A stretch of DNA of 64,000 nt, taken from positions 151,466,001 through 151,530,000 of the forward strand of contig OX597817.1 of the NCBI GenBank assembly GCA_951406725.2. Direction: 5' to 3'. This document shows, piece by piece, positions 63,911-64,000 of this stretch. The translations under genes were made by a program, and so were the position numbers. The notes beneath the pieces are model-generated. The model was not told the DNA's origin, made no database searches, and was given only the letters and a program-made list of their open reading frames with translations. The stretch's first letter is position 1. Each line of letters opens with the position of its first letter. Origin of the DNA: Octopus vulgaris (Eukaryota).

Positions 63911-64000
63911 TATATATATATATATATATAAACTGAGACCCCCTTTGGTCAAGACTGACCATGGGATTGCACCTAGAAAGTTACCTTCCCAGACACAAGT

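Overview
AT-rich, repeat-dense eukaryotic DNA with no confidently identifiable host gene. The SINE families and dense (TA)n/(CA)n/(TACA)n tracts suggest an octopus/cephalopod genome (inference). It holds tRNA-derived SINEs, Tc1/mariner remnants, MITEs, non-autonomous Helitrons, Penelope-like fragments, RTE and I-group LINE 3' ends, and a 5'-truncated, nearly intact Tx1/L1-clade ORF2 (51.5-55.0 kb). The standout is an ~11.4 kb head-to-tail array (32.7-44.1 kb) of five 2.0-2.5 kb minus-strand units. Each encodes only a gag/ORF1-like CCHC zinc-knuckle protein, with no RT or endonuclease. The array interrupts one tRNA-derived SINE between its A and B boxes, and a ~15-16 bp copy of the SINE target marks every junction. 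Units carry 1-3 copies of a ~200 bp 5' monomer, a conserved 3'UTR hairpin and a 3' tail shared with the nearby Tx1 LINE and a second SINE family. I infer a target-specific, ORF1-only (HAL1-like) non-autonomous retrotransposon family that has inserted repeatedly at one site. Most short ORFs in the track are microsatellite artefacts.
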